DNA of 64,000 nt. It comes from Minisyncoccota bacterium (GTDB taxonomy: Bacteria; Patescibacteriota; Microgenomatia; UBA1400; PJMF01). Location: contig JAAYYE010000012.1 in assembly GCA_012515515.1 (NCBI GenBank), positions 48,604 through 112,603 on the forward strand, given 5' to 3'. This document shows, one piece after another, positions 1 to 10,021 of the stretch. Position 1 is the stretch's first letter; every line of letters starts with the position of its first letter. Under the pieces are notes generated by a model. The model saw only the letters and a program-made list of their open reading frames with translations, made no database searches and was not told the origin of the DNA. The translations under genes were made by a program, and so were the position numbers.

Positions 1-163
1 AATGATAAGCATTATCTAGATCACCCATTTGCTTACGATAGGCAGATATTAAAGCCTGGCGAATAGCCTCATAAATATCTTCGGCCTCAATTTTACGTTC
101 TTCGGCAATTTGCGCGACTGCAGCGGCAAAATCTGTTCTCACAATTGATTGAACACTTGACAT
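1..163 (-). CDS. nusA: Transcription termination/antitermination factor NusA, N-terminal part (runs off window start)
   Basis: Manual translation MSSVQSIVRTDFAAAVAQIAEERKIEAEDIYEAIRQALISAYRK matches the NusA N-terminus; AAGGA RBS upstream; not in ORF track. Confidence 0.85.
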   Translation of the reverse strand, partial: MSSVQSIVRTDFAAAVAQIAEERKIEAEDIYEAIRQALISAYRKQMGDLDNAYH

Positions 164-209
164 AATAATTTTCCTTTTTTATCTTACAAATTAGAAAATA
201 AGATAATTA

Positions 210-243
210 ATAAAAAAGGACTTATCGTCAAGATCAGTCCTTT
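210..243 (-). terminator. Terminator/attenuator-like hairpin in nusA leader
   Basis: Minus strand AAAGGACTGATCTTGACGATAAGTCCTTTTTTT: AAAGGACT/AGTCCTTT stem followed by a U tract, between the promoter and the nusA start. Confidence 0.65.
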
Positions 244-270
244 ACCAAACCACCTTAATTTCAAAAGACT

Positions 271-299
271 ATTATACCAGCGAAGCAGCTTTTTGTAAA
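271..299 (-). promoter_or_regulatory. Sigma70-type promoter for nusA
   Basis: TTTACA-17 nt-TATAAT, with TG extended -10 (TGgTATAAT). Confidence 0.75.
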
Positions 300-306
300 T
301 TCAACT

Positions 307-344
307 AAATTATTGTTGATCTAAAAAATTATTGTTGATCTAAA
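307..344. repeat. Perfect 19-bp tandem duplication spanning the dnaJ stop codon
   Basis: aaattattgttgatctaaa at 307-325 and 326-344. Confidence 0.9.
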
Positions 345-1207
345 GTACGCCAATTTTCTAACCAGCGTTTTTGCTCTCTAGTGAGTTTTTCGGGCACTTG
401 AACAATTAAGCGCACATACAGGTCACCTGCTCCGCGCCCCCTCAAACGTTTGATGCCTTCGCCACGAAGCCTAATTAATGTATGAGACTGGGTACCCGGC
501 CTAACCCTGATCTTTAATTCATCGTGCAGTGTCTTAACCTTTAATTCTCCACCCAAAGCTGCCAAGCTAAAAGAAATATATTCATCAACAAAGACATCGG
601 CATTATCTCGTTTAAATCGGGGGTGAGTGCCAACACTAATGCTCACGTCAAAATCATCAAAACGAATTCTGGTGCCATTATCAACTCCTGCAGGAATTTT
701 AATTGTCTTCTTTTTACCATTGTCTAAGGTGATTTCTTTATTGCAACCATCAACGGCTTCCATGAAGTCAATGTTAATGCCGTAACGAGGGCGGCGGCGA
801 GCGCTAGCGAAGCCGCCTCCAAAAAACTGTTCAAAAATCTCAAAGGGGTCTGAAAAATCAAAGTCCGCACTTCCACCCCTCGTAGATGACCAAGTAAATG
901 GCCCCTGGCCACTAGCTCCAGTAAATCCAGAAAAATCAAATCCCCCAAAGGGCCCAGCTCCACCACCCATGCCACTTGATGGATCAAAGGCTGCATGGCC
1001 AAACTGATCATAAGTTTGTCGTTTTTGTTTATCTGAAAGCACTTGATAGGCTTCATTAATTTCTTTAAATTTTTCTTCAGCGTCTGGTGCCTTGTTGCGA
1101 TCGGGATGATATTTTAAAGCTGCCTTGCGATAGGCAGACTTAATAGCTGCTTCGCTGGCAGTTTTTTCTACACCTAAAATTTCGTAGTAATCGCGTTTGG
1201 CCGACAT
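329..1207 (-). CDS. dnaJ: DnaJ co-chaperone lacking the zinc-finger (class B / CbpA-like architecture)
   Basis: J domain with HPD motif, G/F-rich region and C-terminal domain; no CxxCxGxG repeats; likely start MSAKRDYY at 1207; follows dnaK. Confidence 0.9.
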   Translation of the reverse strand: MSAKRDYYEILGVEKTASEAAIKSAYRKAALKYHPDRNKAPDAEEKFKEINEAYQVLSDKQKRQTYDQFGHAAFDPSSGMGGGAGPFGGFDFSGFTGASGQGPFTWSSTRGGSADFDFSDPFEIFEQFFGGGFASARRRPRYGINIDFMEAVDGCNKEITLDNGKKKTIKIPAGVDNGTRIRFDDFDVSISVGTHPRFKRDNADVFVDEYISFSLAALGGELKVKTLHDELKIRVRPGTQSHTLIRLRGEGIKRLRGRGAGDLYVRLIVQVPEKLTREQKRWLENWRTLDQQ

Positions 1208-1242
1208 AAAACTCATTAATTGTACACTAAAAAAAGAAAAAA

Positions 1243-1269
1243 TCAGCAATCAAAAAAGGACTCTGCTAA
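1243..1269. promoter_or_regulatory. Degenerate CIRCE (HrcA operator) upstream of dnaJ
   Basis: TCAGCAATC-N9-CTCTGCTAA versus consensus TTAGCACTC-N9-GAGTGCTAA. Confidence 0.6.
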
Positions 1270-1323
1270 TTTTTGATCTACTCATCTCTATAATTTAACA
1301 TTAAAATGAAAAAAAATGCTAAC

Positions 1324-1360
1324 AAAAAAACCACTACCATTTTTCATGACAGTGGTTTTT
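1324..1360 (-). terminator. Intrinsic terminator after dnaK
   Basis: Minus strand AAAAACCACTGTCATG-loop-ATGGTAGTGGTTTTTTT. Confidence 0.7.
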
Positions 1361-1382
1361 ATTATCGCTGCAAAATAACTGT

Positions 1383-3326
1383 TTAATTAACTACTTCTCC
1401 CTCTTCAGCGTCCTTTTTTTTATCCTCTTTTTCAGCGTCTTTAGCAGTTTTTTTGTCTGTTTTCGCAGATTTTGCTTCTGCTTTTTCAGCTGCCTCAGCT
1501 GCTTTAGCTTCTTCTGCCTGTGCCTTTTGCATCACTTCACCAATTTTTTGCGCACTAGCAAAGGTAGCTTCAATAGCTTTTTCAATTTCTTCTTTGCTCG
1601 TATCCTCTTTTTCGCTTAAATCTTTGAGTGCTTTAACATCGGCTTCAATTTTTTCTTTATCTGCTTTTTCCAATTTATCACCATAATCTTTGAGCTGTTT
1701 TTCAATTTCAAAAGCCACACTATTAGCCTTGTTTTTAGCTTCGATTAATTCGCGTTTGGCTTTATCGGCCTCGGCAAATTTCTCTGCTTCATTTTTCATT
1801 TTTTCTACTTCTTCATCACTTAAATTAGTGCTGTTTTGAATGGTGATTTTTTGCTCTTTACCAGAATTCTTGTCTTTAGCGCTGACATTTAAAATGCCAT
1901 TACTATCAATATCAAAAGTCACCTCAACTTGCGGCATACCTCGAGGAGCTGGTGGAATACCGTCTAGAACGAAACGACCCAAGCTCTTATTATCGCTGGC
2001 CATTTCTCGCTCACCCTGTAGAACATTAATTTCTACTTGAGTCTGATTATCAGCTGCCGTCGAAAAGATTTGACTTTTACTGGTTGGAATAGTTGTATTA
2101 CGATCAATTAGTGGAGTACGAATTCCACCCAATGTTTCTAGACCCAGAGTTAAGGGCGTAACATCTAGCAAGACAACATCTGTCACATCACCAGCAATTA
2201 CACCAGCTTGAACAGCAGCGCCAATTGCCACCACTTCGTCGGGATTAACGCCCTTATGCAGTTCTTTTTTGAAAAAATCTTTGACCACTTCTTGGACTTT
2301 GGGCATTCTAGTCATACCACCTACCAAAATCACCTCATTAACATCACTAACTGTGAGTTTGGCATCTTTAATGGCCTTTTTCACTGGCTCAATAGATTTT
2401 TGAATCAAATGATCCACTAATTCTTCCATTTTTGCTCGACTTAAATTTAAACTTAAGTGTAGTGGTTGACCCTCATCTCCTTGAGTAATAAAAGGCTGAT
2501 TAATTTCGGTTTGTTGAGAACTGGATAATTCAATTTTGGCTTTTTCTGCGGCATCTTTAATACGCTGCATGGCTTGAGCATCTTTACTCAAGTCTTTACC
2601 AGTTTCTTTTTTGAATTCTGCAACAATCCATCCAATAATTTCATTATCGAAATCATCACCGCCCAAAAAGGTGTCTCCATTGGTAGCTTTAACTTCAAAA
2701 ACACCGTCGCCAATTTCTAATATCGAAATGTCAAAGGTGCCACCGCCCAAATCATAAACCGCAATAGTCTTATTGCCTTTTTTATCTAAACCATAAGCTA
2801 GCGCAGCCGCAGTAGGCTCATTAACAATTCGTTCGACTTTAAGCCCAGCGATTTCTCCAGCTTGTTTAGTTGCTTGTCTTTGCGAGTCATCAAAATAGGC
2901 AGGCACAGTGATCACTGCTGCGTCTACAGTTTCACCCAAATATGCTTCGGCATCAGCCTTAGCTTTGGCTAAAATTTTGGCAGAAATTTCTTGCGGAGTG
3001 TATTCCTTATTATTAATTTTAACTACCGTCATGCCGTCTTTGCCCTCAACTATATCGTAGGCAACGTGCTTAATGGCGTTTTGCACCGCACTATCCTTAA
3101 ATTTACGACCCATGAAGCGTTTGACCGAATAAACTGTAGTTTTGGGATTAAGCACCATTTGTCTTTTAGCTGGATCACCAACCAAAATTTCTTTATTTTT
3201 TAGACCAACTATAGAAGGAAAAGTGTTACGACCTTCAATGCTGGGAATAATAGTTGGCTGACCACCCTGCATTACAGCAATAGCACTATTTGTAGTTCCT
3301 AAATCAATTCCAATTGTTTTTGACAT
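1383..3326 (-). CDS. dnaK: Chaperone DnaK (Hsp70)
   Basis: [31 protein letters not shown] and NPDEVVA motifs. Confidence 0.99.
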   Translation of the reverse strand: MSKTIGIDLGTTNSAIAVMQGGQPTIIPSIEGRNTFPSIVGLKNKEILVGDPAKRQMVLNPKTTVYSVKRFMGRKFKDSAVQNAIKHVAYDIVEGKDGMTVVKINNKEYTPQEISAKILAKAKADAEAYLGETVDAAVITVPAYFDDSQRQATKQAGEIAGLKVERIVNEPTAAALAYGLDKKGNKTIAVYDLGGGTFDISILEIGDGVFEVKATNGDTFLGGDDFDNEIIGWIVAEFKKETGKDLSKDAQAMQRIKDAAEKAKIELSSSQQTEINQPFITQGDEGQPLHLSLNLSRAKMEELVDHLIQKSIEPVKKAIKDAKLTVSDVNEVILVGGMTRMPKVQEVVKDFFKKELHKGVNPDEVVAIGAAVQAGVIAGDVTDVVLLDVTPLTLGLETLGGIRTPLIDRNTTIPTSKSQIFSTAADNQTQVEINVLQGEREMASDNKSLGRFVLDGIPPAPRGMPQVEVTFDIDSNGILNVSAKDKNSGKEQKITIQNSTNLSDEEVEKMKNEAEKFAEADKAKRELIEAKNKANSVAFEIEKQLKDYGDKLEKADKEKIEADVKALKDLSEKEDTSKEEIEKAIEATFASAQKIGEVMQKAQAEEAKAAEAAEKAEAKSAKTDKKTAKDAEKEDKKKDAEEGEVVN

Positions 3327-3382
3327 AATTATTAATCCTTTCTTATGTGTTCTTTGTTTTAATTGATCACGAAGTGTCCATT

Positions 3383-3409
3383 TTAGCAGACAAATGCTTT
3401 GACTGCTAG
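3383..3409. promoter_or_regulatory. Degenerate CIRCE upstream of dnaK, overlapping extended -10 TGcTAAAAT
   Basis: TTAGCAGAC-N9-GACTGCTAG. Confidence 0.7.
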
Positions 3410-3416
3410 TAGCAAT

Positions 3417-3875
3417 TTAGTCAAGTATTACTCGTGCGTGTTGAATAATCTCACCATTGAGGCGATAGGCCTTGCGCAATACTTCAATCACCTTTTCACC
3501 CTTAGCATTTTTGTCAAGGACTTCCATTGTATTGACATCAAACTTTTTATTTAAAACCTCAACTTCTTCTAAGCCAATTGCTTGTAATGATTTCCAAAGC
3601 TGATTGGTGATTATTTCCAAACCCTGATCTTGCAATTGTTGACTGGCTGTCCTTAAATGCTCCAGTGGTTCTAAAATGCTAAGCAATAAATCAGCATTAG
3701 CTAATTTAATTAAATGAGCTCGTTGTTGCTGACTCTGACGAAGCAGGTTTTGATAATCGGCCAAGGCTCGTCGTTCTTTTTCTTGGTATAAAGCGATTGT
3801 TTTTTTTAAATTTTTAATCTCTTTTTTGCAGTTATTAAGCTCAGGAGATGAATTATTTACATTTTGCTTCTTCAC
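3417..3875 (-). CDS. grpE: Nucleotide exchange factor GrpE
   Basis: RALADYQN coiled coil and C-terminal VLRKAYRLNGEIIQHARV; lies between hrcA and dnaK. Confidence 0.92.
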   Translation of the reverse strand: MKKQNVNNSSPELNNCKKEIKNLKKTIALYQEKERRALADYQNLLRQSQQQRAHLIKLANADLLLSILEPLEHLRTASQQLQDQGLEIITNQLWKSLQAIGLEEVEVLNKKFDVNTMEVLDKNAKGEKVIEVLRKAYRLNGEIIQHARVILD

Positions 3876-3886
3876 TTTAAGCCCTT

Positions 3887-4609
3887 CTAATCCACCATGC
3901 TTTCAATTAAACCTTTGAAATATTTCATCATTGGCAAAATATAGGGATAATTAAAACGCGTTGAACCTATGACCGCAAAACGACAGGGGTGTTCAGACAA
4001 ATCGACATCGACAAACATGATGCCAATTGGATCCAATTCTCTGTTGCCCAATTCTTGACCAAAAACCACTTTAACTGGATTTTCACTTTGCGATTTATCA
4101 AAAATTTCATTCATGACTGAAAACTCTTCAATCATTTGCAAAACCCGTCGAGTTAAATTGATGTCATAAAACTCTGGCATATTTAATAAATTGGCATAAC
4201 CAGAGTGCACGATGTTGCCGTCTGGAGTAATTGCCAAACCTAAGGCATGCGATTTTTCTGCTAAGACCCTGGCTGTTTCTTGGAGCAAGTCCTCCATTTG
4301 ATTGCGATAGCGCCAAATTTTTTCCTTAACACTGACTTCATCAGCAACAGACAAATCCTTTTCTTTAACCAATTCATTAATATAAAGCTTCATCGCTAAA
4401 GCCGTTGGCACTCGACCAGCACTAATGTGAGATTTGATTAAATATCCTTGTTTAGTGAGATAAGCCATTTCGTTACGAATAGTCGCAGGAGAAACACCTA
4501 TATTGTACTTTTTATCAACTGTTTCTGAACCAACTGGTTCACCAGTTTCAATAAATTCTTCAATAACAGCTCTTAAAATTTGAATTTGTCTGGCTACAAG
4601 GTCAATCAT
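3887..4609 (-). CDS. hrcA: Heat-inducible repressor HrcA (short 240-aa form)
   Basis: wHTH with PVGS, SPATIRNEM, HISAGRVPT; C-terminal VIGSTRFNY. Confidence 0.95.
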   Translation of the reverse strand: MIDLVARQIQILRAVIEEFIETGEPVGSETVDKKYNIGVSPATIRNEMAYLTKQGYLIKSHISAGRVPTALAMKLYINELVKEKDLSVADEVSVKEKIWRYRNQMEDLLQETARVLAEKSHALGLAITPDGNIVHSGYANLLNMPEFYDINLTRRVLQMIEEFSVMNEIFDKSQSENPVKVVFGQELGNRELDPIGIMFVDVDLSEHPCRFAVIGSTRFNYPYILPMMKYFKGLIESMVD

Positions 4610-4612
4610 ATA

Positions 4613-4647
4613 TTAGCAATCATAGAAACTTATTGCTAATTTGTCAA
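4613..4647 (-). promoter_or_regulatory. hrcA promoter with overlapping CIRCE
   Basis: TTGACA(4647-4642)-17 nt-TATGAT(4624-4619); CIRCE TTAGCAATC-N9-TATTGCTAA at 4613-4639. Confidence 0.8.
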
Positions 4648-5756
4648 GTCAAAATTAAATCTTTGATTTTTTTGCCAAACACTGCTGGGGAATAAATTAA
4701 ACTAGCACGATGAATTTCTTGAGCATTAAATTCGATTTTTTCAAAATCAAAAATACTTTGTTTAAGGGCTTCAACATTGAGATCATTAAAAAATAAACCA
4801 GTTTTAGCATTAATAATTGTTTCTTTTGGACCACCTGAAAAATGAGCAATTACGGGAGTACCCCAAGCCATAGCTTCAATCGGCACCATCCCAAAATCTT
4901 CATCTTCAACAGGATAAATTAAAGCCTTAGCTCCACGATATAGCTCAGCCAAGGATTGATCATCAACAGCTCCCAAAAATTCAACTGATGCTCCAGCCAT
5001 TTTTTTTAGAGAAGGCAACATGTCTCCTTCTCCAACCACCTTCAGTGCCAAATTTAAATCAGTTGCCGCTTGGACAGCAATTTCTGGATGTTTGGCCCAA
5101 GCCAAACGATTGACATATAAATAGTAGCCCTCTTTATGAAAATTTTTATGCTCTAATAAATAGTCTCGAGCCACATCGACCATTTTGACAGGCGGATAAA
5201 TAACTTCTGATTGACGATGATAAAATTTTTTAATTCTGGATTGAGTCTCTTTTGAATTAGCAATAAATACGCCAACTTGTTGAGCAGATTTAAAATCGAC
5301 AAAACGCATATAATGATTGATTAGCTCGCCAAAAAAACGAGTAATTGCTCGATCGCGCCAATGGCTTTTAGCTGTGTAGCCATATAAAACTCGGGGAGGA
5401 GTATGACAATAACAAAAATGTTTAGCATTATCTTTACTGGCGCGCGCCGCTTTGGCCATATAGGCGTTGGAGGAAGAAAGCACAATGTCAAATTCACTGA
5501 GATCTAATTTGGCAAAGGCGCGCGCTGCCAACACTCGCAATGGAGAAAAGGTTTTTTTAATTAAGGGAATTTTACTTAAAAAAGTTTCATGAATTTCCCA
5601 ATCGCTAAAGCGTTGCCAATTATTGCCCAAAGACTGCTTATCAACAAAAGCAGTATAGACGGGTGCATCGGGAAATAGTTGATGTAATTCTTCCAAAACC
5701 CGTTCTGCACCACCATATTCTCGTAAATAATCGTGAATTAAAGCAATTTTAGGCAT
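4644..5756 (-). CDS. Glycosyltransferase family 4 (WbaZ-like mannosyltransferase)
   Basis: [21 protein letters not shown] and [14 protein letters not shown] motifs. Confidence 0.9.
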   Translation of the reverse strand: MPKIALIHDYLREYGGAERVLEELHQLFPDAPVYTAFVDKQSLGNNWQRFSDWEIHETFLSKIPLIKKTFSPLRVLAARAFAKLDLSEFDIVLSSSNAYMAKAARASKDNAKHFCYCHTPPRVLYGYTAKSHWRDRAITRFFGELINHYMRFVDFKSAQQVGVFIANSKETQSRIKKFYHRQSEVIYPPVKMVDVARDYLLEHKNFHKEGYYLYVNRLAWAKHPEIAVQAATDLNLALKVVGEGDMLPSLKKMAGASVEFLGAVDDQSLAELYRGAKALIYPVEDEDFGMVPIEAMAWGTPVIAHFSGGPKETIINAKTGLFFNDLNVEALKQSIFDFEKIEFNAQEIHRASLIYSPAVFGKKIKDLILT

Positions 5757-5839
5757 ATTTTTTACCTTAAACTATTTTAAAGCTTAATTTTTTAATTTTT
5801 TTCAAATATTTTCAATTTAATAGTTTTTTAATTCTTTAT

Positions 5840-6769
5840 TTAGAATAATGCTTCTTGGACTGAATTCTCAAAGGCGTCGCTTGGTAATAAGCTGACCAAT
5901 GATTTAAAGCCTAATTTGTTGATTAATTGAATGGTGTGGGTTTTGTCGTAAGCTGTCACTCGACAGGCTTCTAAGTCAAAATCGATTGGCGCCTGAGTGC
6001 TAATGGTAGCTAATTCTTGGCTTAAAAAGGCAGCTTCTTGGCCATTTTTTAATTTATCAAGTAAGGCTCCCTTAATTAGATCATCGCCTTCTGGGTTTTT
6101 TTGCAAAAACTGATAAATGGCTTCTAGATTTTGAAAGCGCTGAATTAGTTTACAGGCTGTTTTCTGACCGATGCCTTGAATTCCTGGGATATTATCAGAT
6201 GCGTCGCCACTTAAGGCTTTCAGGTCGACTACTTGGGTTGGTTTAATATTAATCTTTTTTTCGACCAAATCTGAATCAAACAACATGTCTCCTTGCTGTC
6301 GACCCCTGGCTGGCATCCACACCTTGGTATCGTTATCAACCAACTGAAACATGTCTTGATCGCCGGTGACTATGACAGTTAATAGACTGCTGTCTAAATG
6401 TTCAACTTGTCGATTGATAGTACCAATTAAGTCGTCTGCTTCATATCCTTCGATTTCAAAACGAGGAATGTTGATGGCGTCAACTAAGTCTTTGGTTAAG
6501 GAAATTTGCGGAATGAGATCATCGGGCATTTTGGCTCGTTTGGCTTTATAGGCTTGATATTGCTTTTTTCTTAGAGTTTCTCCCTTATGATCAAAACAAA
6601 CTGCGCTATATTCTGGTTCAAAATGATTGAGTGCTGTTAAAAACATTCGGGCAAAACCATAAACAGCATTCACTAAATGACCCTGTGGATCAGTTAAATT
6701 TGGTAAAGCATAATAAGCACGATAGATTAAGGCATGTGCATCAACTAAGAGAAAAATACGACGAGACAT
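5840..6769 (-). CDS. Stand-alone 5'-3' exonuclease / flap endonuclease (Pol I N-terminal domain)
   Basis: VDAHALIYRAYYA, YEADDLIGT, TGDQD and GDASDNIPGI motifs; no polymerase domain. Confidence 0.9.
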   Translation of the reverse strand: MSRRIFLLVDAHALIYRAYYALPNLTDPQGHLVNAVYGFARMFLTALNHFEPEYSAVCFDHKGETLRKKQYQAYKAKRAKMPDDLIPQISLTKDLVDAINIPRFEIEGYEADDLIGTINRQVEHLDSSLLTVIVTGDQDMFQLVDNDTKVWMPARGRQQGDMLFDSDLVEKKINIKPTQVVDLKALSGDASDNIPGIQGIGQKTACKLIQRFQNLEAIYQFLQKNPEGDDLIKGALLDKLKNGQEAAFLSQELATISTQAPIDFDLEACRVTAYDKTHTIQLINKLGFKSLVSLLPSDAFENSVQEALF

Positions 6770-6797
6770 GCCTTTATTGTAACAAAGGCAGTAATTT

Positions 6798-8846
6798 TTA
6801 TCTTCTGGCTTTTTCTATGCCCATGACTTTGGTGAATTCATCAGAGTCTAGGGTTTCTTTTTCTAAAAGTGCTTCGGCGACTTTGTCTAATTGTTGGCGA
6901 TGTTTCTTGAGTAATTCTTGAGCTTGGTCTTCAGCTTTAGAGATAATTAATAGTACCTCTTTGTCAACGGCTTCGGTTAATTTATCAGAAAGTCGTTCTT
7001 GATCTCCCCAGCCTCGATTATAATCATTGTCGGCATATTCTGAGCCAAAATACATTGGGCCTAATTTGCTCATCCCATAACGAACCACCATTGATCGGGC
7101 AATTCTCGTTGCTTGAGCAATGTCATTTGATGAGCCAGCGGTCTGCTCATTAAACACTAACATTTCTGCGGCTCGTCCACCAAACATGACTATTAAATTT
7201 TCTAATAGTTCTGATTTAAAAACTTGTAATTTGTCTTTTTCTGGAGGAGTGAAAGTATAGCCCAAAGCCTGACCTCGCGAAACAATCGAGATGCGATGGA
7301 CGGGATCGGTATAAGGCAAAACATGAGTTAAGACTGCGTGTCCAGCTTCATGATAAGCGGTCATTTTCTTTTCTAAATCATCCTGAAGACGCTTTTTACT
7401 TGGTCCATATTTGACTTTCATAGAAGCTTCTTCAATATCTTCCATGTTCACTTTTTGTCTGTTTTCTCTAGCGGTCGCGATAGCCGCTTCATTTAACATG
7501 TTTTCTAAATCAGCGCCAGAAAAACCCACTGTGCGTTTAGCTACCTTTTCCCAAGAAACACTGCTACTGAACACTTTGTTTCTAGCGTGGATTTTTAAAA
7601 TAAATTTACGTTCTTCTAAATCTGGTAAATTGACTTGCACCCGACGATCAAAACGACCAGGTCTCACCAAGGCTGGATCTAGCATATCGCCTCGATTAGT
7701 CGCTGCCATCACAATTACATTGTCATTCTGCGTAAAACCATCCATCTCGACTAAAATTTGATTAAGAGTTTGTTCTCTTTCATCATGAGAGCTAAAGCTA
7801 TTGCGTCCTCGAGCACGTCCAATGGCATCAATTTCATCAATAAAAATAATTGACGGAGCCAAGCGCTTTGCCGTTTCAAAGAGATCTCGAACTCGAGATG
7901 CGCCAACGCCAACTAACATTTCCATAAATTCACTGCCAGCGATAGAGAGAAATTGCACATTGGCTTCACCAGCAACCGCTCTGGCTAATAAAGTTTTTCC
8001 AGTGCCTGCTGGACCAATGAGCAGTACTCCTTTAGGAGTTCTAGCTCCAACTTTTTGATATTTTTTAGGATTTTTTAGAAAGTCGACAATTTCTTCTAGT
8101 TCTCGCTTTGCCTCGTCCATTCCACCAACATCTTTAAAACTGATGTCTTGTTTGCCCTTGATAAAAACTTTTGCCTTGCTTTTGCCAATACCCAAAATTC
8201 CATCTTGTCCACCTCTTGCTTGTCTAAAAATAAAAATAAAAAACACAAACATCAAAATAATCGGTAAAAAGGTAATTACTAATTCCCAAAACAGCTGACC
8301 AAAACTAGCATCCCGAACTGCCAAATCTAATTCTGTTAAATCAATATCGCTAGCAAGCAGAATATCTAAAGCCTGTTGGCCATCTTCTTTTTTAGTGACC
8401 TTTTGACTTCCATCTTGATAAGATAGGCGCATTTCCTGACCAAGCACTTCAATCTCATTAACCTTTTTGTCTCGAACATCCCTTACCATTTGGCTAACTG
8501 AGATGGACTCTCTCGCTGTCTGGATACCAAAAAGACCTAATAAGGATGGTGCAAATAAAAATAAAATCAGTGAGTAAATAACAATTTTGGAAAAAAGTTT
8601 ATTTAAATTAATCTTAATCACTTTTTTTTGATTACTTTTAATTAAAGGTATGCGAAAATCAATTTGCTTCATTTCTTGATTCAAATTAGGAAGGCTTTTA
8701 CCAGTGCTTTTTTCTTGAGAAGCTTTTTCTGTCGGCATTTTTCCAGCAGCAGTCTCGGCTTGTTGTTCATTACTTTGATTTTGCTTTTGCTTGGTAGCTG
8801 AATCAGCACTGGGTATTTGCTGATTGGAATTCTTTTTAGTTGACAT
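6798..8846 (-). CDS. ftsH: ATP-dependent zinc metalloprotease FtsH
   Basis: Two TM segments, Walker [22 protein letters not shown] and HEAGH zinc motif. Confidence 0.98.
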   Translation of the reverse strand: MSTKKNSNQQIPSADSATKQKQNQSNEQQAETAAGKMPTEKASQEKSTGKSLPNLNQEMKQIDFRIPLIKSNQKKVIKINLNKLFSKIVIYSLILFLFAPSLLGLFGIQTARESISVSQMVRDVRDKKVNEIEVLGQEMRLSYQDGSQKVTKKEDGQQALDILLASDIDLTELDLAVRDASFGQLFWELVITFLPIILMFVFFIFIFRQARGGQDGILGIGKSKAKVFIKGKQDISFKDVGGMDEAKRELEEIVDFLKNPKKYQKVGARTPKGVLLIGPAGTGKTLLARAVAGEANVQFLSIAGSEFMEMLVGVGASRVRDLFETAKRLAPSIIFIDEIDAIGRARGRNSFSSHDEREQTLNQILVEMDGFTQNDNVIVMAATNRGDMLDPALVRPGRFDRRVQVNLPDLEERKFILKIHARNKVFSSSVSWEKVAKRTVGFSGADLENMLNEAAIATARENRQKVNMEDIEEASMKVKYGPSKKRLQDDLEKKMTAYHEAGHAVLTHVLPYTDPVHRISIVSRGQALGYTFTPPEKDKLQVFKSELLENLIVMFGGRAAEMLVFNEQTAGSSNDIAQATRIARSMVVRYGMSKLGPMYFGSEYADNDYNRGWGDQERLSDKLTEAVDKEVLLIISKAEDQAQELLKKHRQQLDKVAEALLEKETLDSDEFTKVMGIEKARR

Positions 8847-8910
8847 AGATCTTTACTTAAAATTGATTAAATCTTAAATTAATTAAATATTTTGTTGCAC
8901 TATTGTAACA

Positions 8911-9969
8911 CTAGAAAAAACTATTAAAACCAAATTTGTCTTTTACTTCTAAAATAGTTTTTGTGGCTTCAGTTTGAGCCTTTTTATTGCCTTCTTCAAT
9001 GACGGCACTGACATAATCAACTTGCTTCTCTAATTTAGCTCTTTTTTCTTGAATTGGCATTAATTCCTCAAAAATTAATTTAGCTAAATCTTTCTTAATT
9101 TCTGCATAACGTAGGCCCTGCTTCTGATAACTAGCTTCATATTCTTTTCTCAATGATGAGCCAGCAAATAATTCAACTAAAATCATCAGGGTTTTAACGC
9201 CCTTCGATTCTTGACCATTAGCATCAAAATATACTGAGTCGTGGAGTTTGGTCTTTGCTGTTGATAAGCTTTTGACTTGACCTTTGCCGGAATCAGTGGG
9301 GATTCTAGCAATTTTCTTTTCGATCGTGGCTAAATCATCACTTAAATTAATATAACTACCATCAACTGTTTTACTCATCTTGCCCTCACCAGTTAAAGAC
9401 GGAATGTATTCGCCAGCAAGATTAAAAAAATTGGGTAAAGGAAAAGTTGTTCTATACAGGCTGTTGCATTTTCGAGCAATTTCTCTAGCTGCTTCGATAT
9501 GAGGTTTTTGATCAACTCCGACTGGTACTTGATTCGCTTTATATAGCAAAATATCAGCTGCCATCAGTATAGGATAACTTAATAAGGCCATGGTCACATT
9601 CTCTGGGTGTTGCTTAACTTTATCTTTAAAAGTTGGCAAGTGTTGCATTTTAGCCACTGACACCAAACTAGAAAGATAAAAAGACAGTTCAAAATGTTGT
9701 GGCACAGCAGATTGTAAAAACAAAACGCTACGCTGCGGGTCTAAACCAACTGCCAAATAATCCAAAACCACTGCTAAACGACTAGCCCGCAAATCTGCTA
9801 CCTGATAAGGAGTGGTAATCGAATGAGCGTCTGCCACCATGTAAAAAGTTTCGTATTGCGCATCTTCTTGCAAGGCCAACATCCCCTTGATAGCACCAAA
9901 ATAATTGCCTAAGTGTAATTGGCCTGTAGCACGAATACCAGACAAAACTCGCTGTTTAGTTTTTGACAT
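8911..9969 (-). CDS. trpS: Tryptophanyl-tRNA synthetase
   Basis: HLGNY, YPILMAADILLY, VPVGVDQ and KMSKT motifs; likely start MSKTKQ at 9969. Confidence 0.96.
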   Translation of the reverse strand: MSKTKQRVLSGIRATGQLHLGNYFGAIKGMLALQEDAQYETFYMVADAHSITTPYQVADLRASRLAVVLDYLAVGLDPQRSVLFLQSAVPQHFELSFYLSSLVSVAKMQHLPTFKDKVKQHPENVTMALLSYPILMAADILLYKANQVPVGVDQKPHIEAAREIARKCNSLYRTTFPLPNFFNLAGEYIPSLTGEGKMSKTVDGSYINLSDDLATIEKKIARIPTDSGKGQVKSLSTAKTKLHDSVYFDANGQESKGVKTLMILVELFAGSSLRKEYEASYQKQGLRYAEIKKDLAKLIFEELMPIQEKRAKLEKQVDYVSAVIEEGNKKAQTEATKTILEVKDKFGFNSFF

Positions 9970-10021
9970 AACACCTCTAATCTTAACACAAGACATCAAT
10001 TAATGGGATAAAAAAACAAGA

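Noticed and set aside
1453-3203. Antisense ORFs over dnaK, and similar ones over ftsH, groEL, the PBPs, nrdJ and pgk
   Set aside because: Shadow frames of well-conserved genes, with no motifs or expression signals
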